Shown here in pieces: positions 61,766 to 64,000 of a DNA stretch of 64,000 nucleotides. The position numbers and the translations under genes were made by a program. The stretch is from Octopus bimaculoides (Eukaryota): positions 70,809,563 through 70,873,562 of the forward strand of contig NC_068984.1 of assembly GCF_001194135.2 (NCBI RefSeq), given 5' to 3'. The notes beneath the pieces are model-generated. The model was not told the DNA's origin and searched no databases. It saw nothing but the letters and a program-made list of their open reading frames with translations. The first letter of the stretch is position 1; every line of letters starts with the position of its first letter.

Positions 61766-63140
61766 TCATCTCTCCCTTCAAATCTTAACAATAAAAAAGG
61801 CAAGTCCTAAATATCTACTGAATGAAATACACACTTCTAGATATCTAAGATAAATACATTTGAATACATTATAAAAAAAAGTTGATAAACGACTGATGTA
61901 TATATATATACATGCATACACACACACACACACACACACATATATACATATACCTGCATACATATATATATATATATATATAAGAGTATGTTTTCATGTA
62001 TGTATGTATGTACATATGCATCTATGTATGTATGCCCCACATACAAATACATAAAGAAAAGAGAGACAGATATTGCCTTGATGAGTACTGATAACGAAAA
62101 TGAACCAGCATCGATTGTAAGTAGAATAGTAATAACACATAGACAGAAAATAAAACCTGAGGCTAATGATTCTGCGGTGAACAGAATTATACAATATTTT
62201 AGTAGCTTTATCTAGAAGTCAACAAATACAGACTATCAAAGAAAAAGATACCAGAAAAATTCTAATGGATAATAATTCTGAAGTAAACATTAAAATATAT
62301 TTCCTGCAGCTTATGTCAGACATTTCTCATGATACAAATCTTGCCTAAATAAATATATCATCCAAAAGATATTAGAATTCTAGCCATTGATTTAATTCAG
62401 GTAACAATTCATTGCTGGAAATTAGCTGATTCTTATTAAAAGGTGAAAATAAAAGTTTATTTTACTGAAAGCAAAAAAGTGAGGATGTCAGTTGAAAATT
62501 TGTTGAAGTGGACATGACAGTAATGACATAGGATTAAAATTTTCAGTAAAGCTGCCTACATGAGAATGTATGCATTTAGGGAACACATAATGCCAATACT
62601 ATTACTGCAAAACAGGGGACATAACCGAAGTACAAAGAGTAATGTACAAAATATGCACAATCATTGGTACTAATATTGTAATATTAGTGAAATTTCGGAC
62701 AATAAATACTATATTACAGCCGTTATTTTTGTGTAGGCTCAGGTCAAGTGTAACTGAGAATATCAATAGCACACAGCTTCAAGTATGTTATGGTATAAAG
62801 CATGGCAGAGTTTGAGTAAGATTTTTCTGATATACAAGTAGAAACTCTTTCGTTGAATTATTACAGTTCTCGTTCATTATAACAAGCATTTCTGGACACA
62901 TTACCTTAACTTTCTGCTATAAAATATAGAGAATTACAGACTATCAAAAATGAAATACTTGCTCCTTTACTTATCACATACACAATGCATCTATTTATGA
63001 TAGCACAGCAAAACCAAATTTCATCAGTTTAAATACAGCCTAGATATATCAAAAGACACCTTATTAAATTTCATTTTCCTCTACATGAATCTTCAACATT
63101 CATTTCCAAAAACTGTATTCAAGCATAAGCTAATGCATGA

Positions 63141-63175
63141 AACCCTAACCCTAACCCTAACCCTAACCCTAACCC
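63141..63175 (-). repeat. Interstitial telomeric repeat (TTAGGG)5+
   Basis: Perfect (AACCCT)5 AACCC. Confidence 0.95.
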
Positions 63176-63654
63176 CAGTCTGCTAGAAACAGTAGCCAAA
63201 TTTTCTAATCGCATACTTATATCGTAAATAAGTAAATGACACATTTGATAATGTAGTTCTACATACTTAAAAGAAAAGAGAGAAAAGAAAGCTAGTAGAT
63301 ATTTGATCATAAATTGACTTGATTAGAGTTGAACGGGGGCAAAGCAAGAACAGCAGCCACCATCTACACAGGAAATTTAAAATTCAGATTCAAAGGCTAC
63401 CATAGTAAGTGAAGAAGCAAGTAATTAATTTTTCTTTTTCATAAAAATCTACAGCAATCATTGTAAAGAACTGTCTTAGAGGCAGGCAAAGGTAGTGGGG
63501 GAAATCAAGTCAGCAAGTGAGCTTCTGTATGGCTGCTCAGCTTGTGAGAAATAGTAGTTAAATTTTTCTTAAATCATATTCCAGCATCTTAAAAAGCAGT
63601 AGGACACATAATAGATGCCTTAGATGAAAGAAATAATAATAATAATAATAATAA

Positions 63655-64000
63655 CTCACACCTTTAACAGAATTGCTAAATAGAACTGGATGCGGTTACA
63701 AATGCTATGGAAAAACAGTCAGCCACCTTCTATATATGGATGACCTAAAATTATATGCAAAAAACGACAAAGAGCTAGAAACACTACTACAGACAGTACA
63801 CGGCTTTACCAAGGAAATAGAAATGAAATTCGGATTAGAAAAATGTGCCAAAGCAACCCTGAAAAGAGGAAAATTAGTTAAAAGTAGCAATATAACACTA
63901 GATAAAGCCAATGAAATAAGAGAACTAGACGAAAGCCAACCATATAAGTATTTAGGAGTCAATGAACTAGATAGGATACAACATACACAAATGAAAGAAA
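63655..64000 (+). mobile_element. 5'-truncated R4/Dong-clade RT, stop-free, continuing past the window end
   Basis: Directly after (AAT)n; 115 open codons LTPLTELLNRTGCGY...SHLLYMDDLKLYAKND...FGLEKCAK...YKYLGVNE...QHTQMKE. Absent from the ORF track, probably because the frame has no stop codon inside the window. Confidence 0.95.

Noticed and set aside
101-62215. Most ORF-track entries (HT/CV/YI/poly-I/M/D/N repeats)
   Set aside because: They are translations of microsatellites or antisense to transposon ORFs.
62737-62782. Plus-strand exon-like segment (LRSSVTENINSTQLQ)
   Set aside because: Splice sites are acceptable but it lies beyond the candidate terminal exon and within the minus-strand gene span; indistinguishable from chance.
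62905-62916. 12-nt minus-strand micro-exon (strong sites)
   Set aside because: The phase 1 reading needed to join exon 59457-59600 contains a stop; no further support.

Overview
AT-rich, repeat-saturated eukaryotic genomic DNA from a draft assembly with six N gaps, most next to microsatellites. The SINE families and repeat landscape suggest a coleoid cephalopod, probably Octopus; this is pattern recognition, not a database result. No long intact host CDS, rRNA, tRNA gene or CRISPR array is present. Most ORF-track entries are microsatellite, antisense or N-gap artefacts. Supported content: three mariner fossils with paired TIRs; four R4/Dong-type (RT + restriction-like endonuclease) non-LTR pieces, including a stop-free RT fragment running off the window end; RTE remnants; several tRNA-headed SINE families (two copies with perfect 14-15 bp TSDs); two TTAA-flanked MITEs; Penelope-like end fragments; three long foldback palindromes; a 20-bp minisatellite; and a short interstitial (TTAGGG)n. 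Splice-site reading gives a tentative minus-strand gene end (exon 59457-59600 plus a terminal exon at 52448-52584). It converges on a weaker plus-strand chain of short exons ending at 49713. The most interesting signals are three different minimal hammerhead-ribozyme motifs in short non-coding modules, one behind a Pol III tRNA-like head; a headless ~540-bp repeat that lands in (AAT)n beside R4/Dong elements; the foldbacks; and a pre-miRNA-shaped hairpin at 4053-4114.
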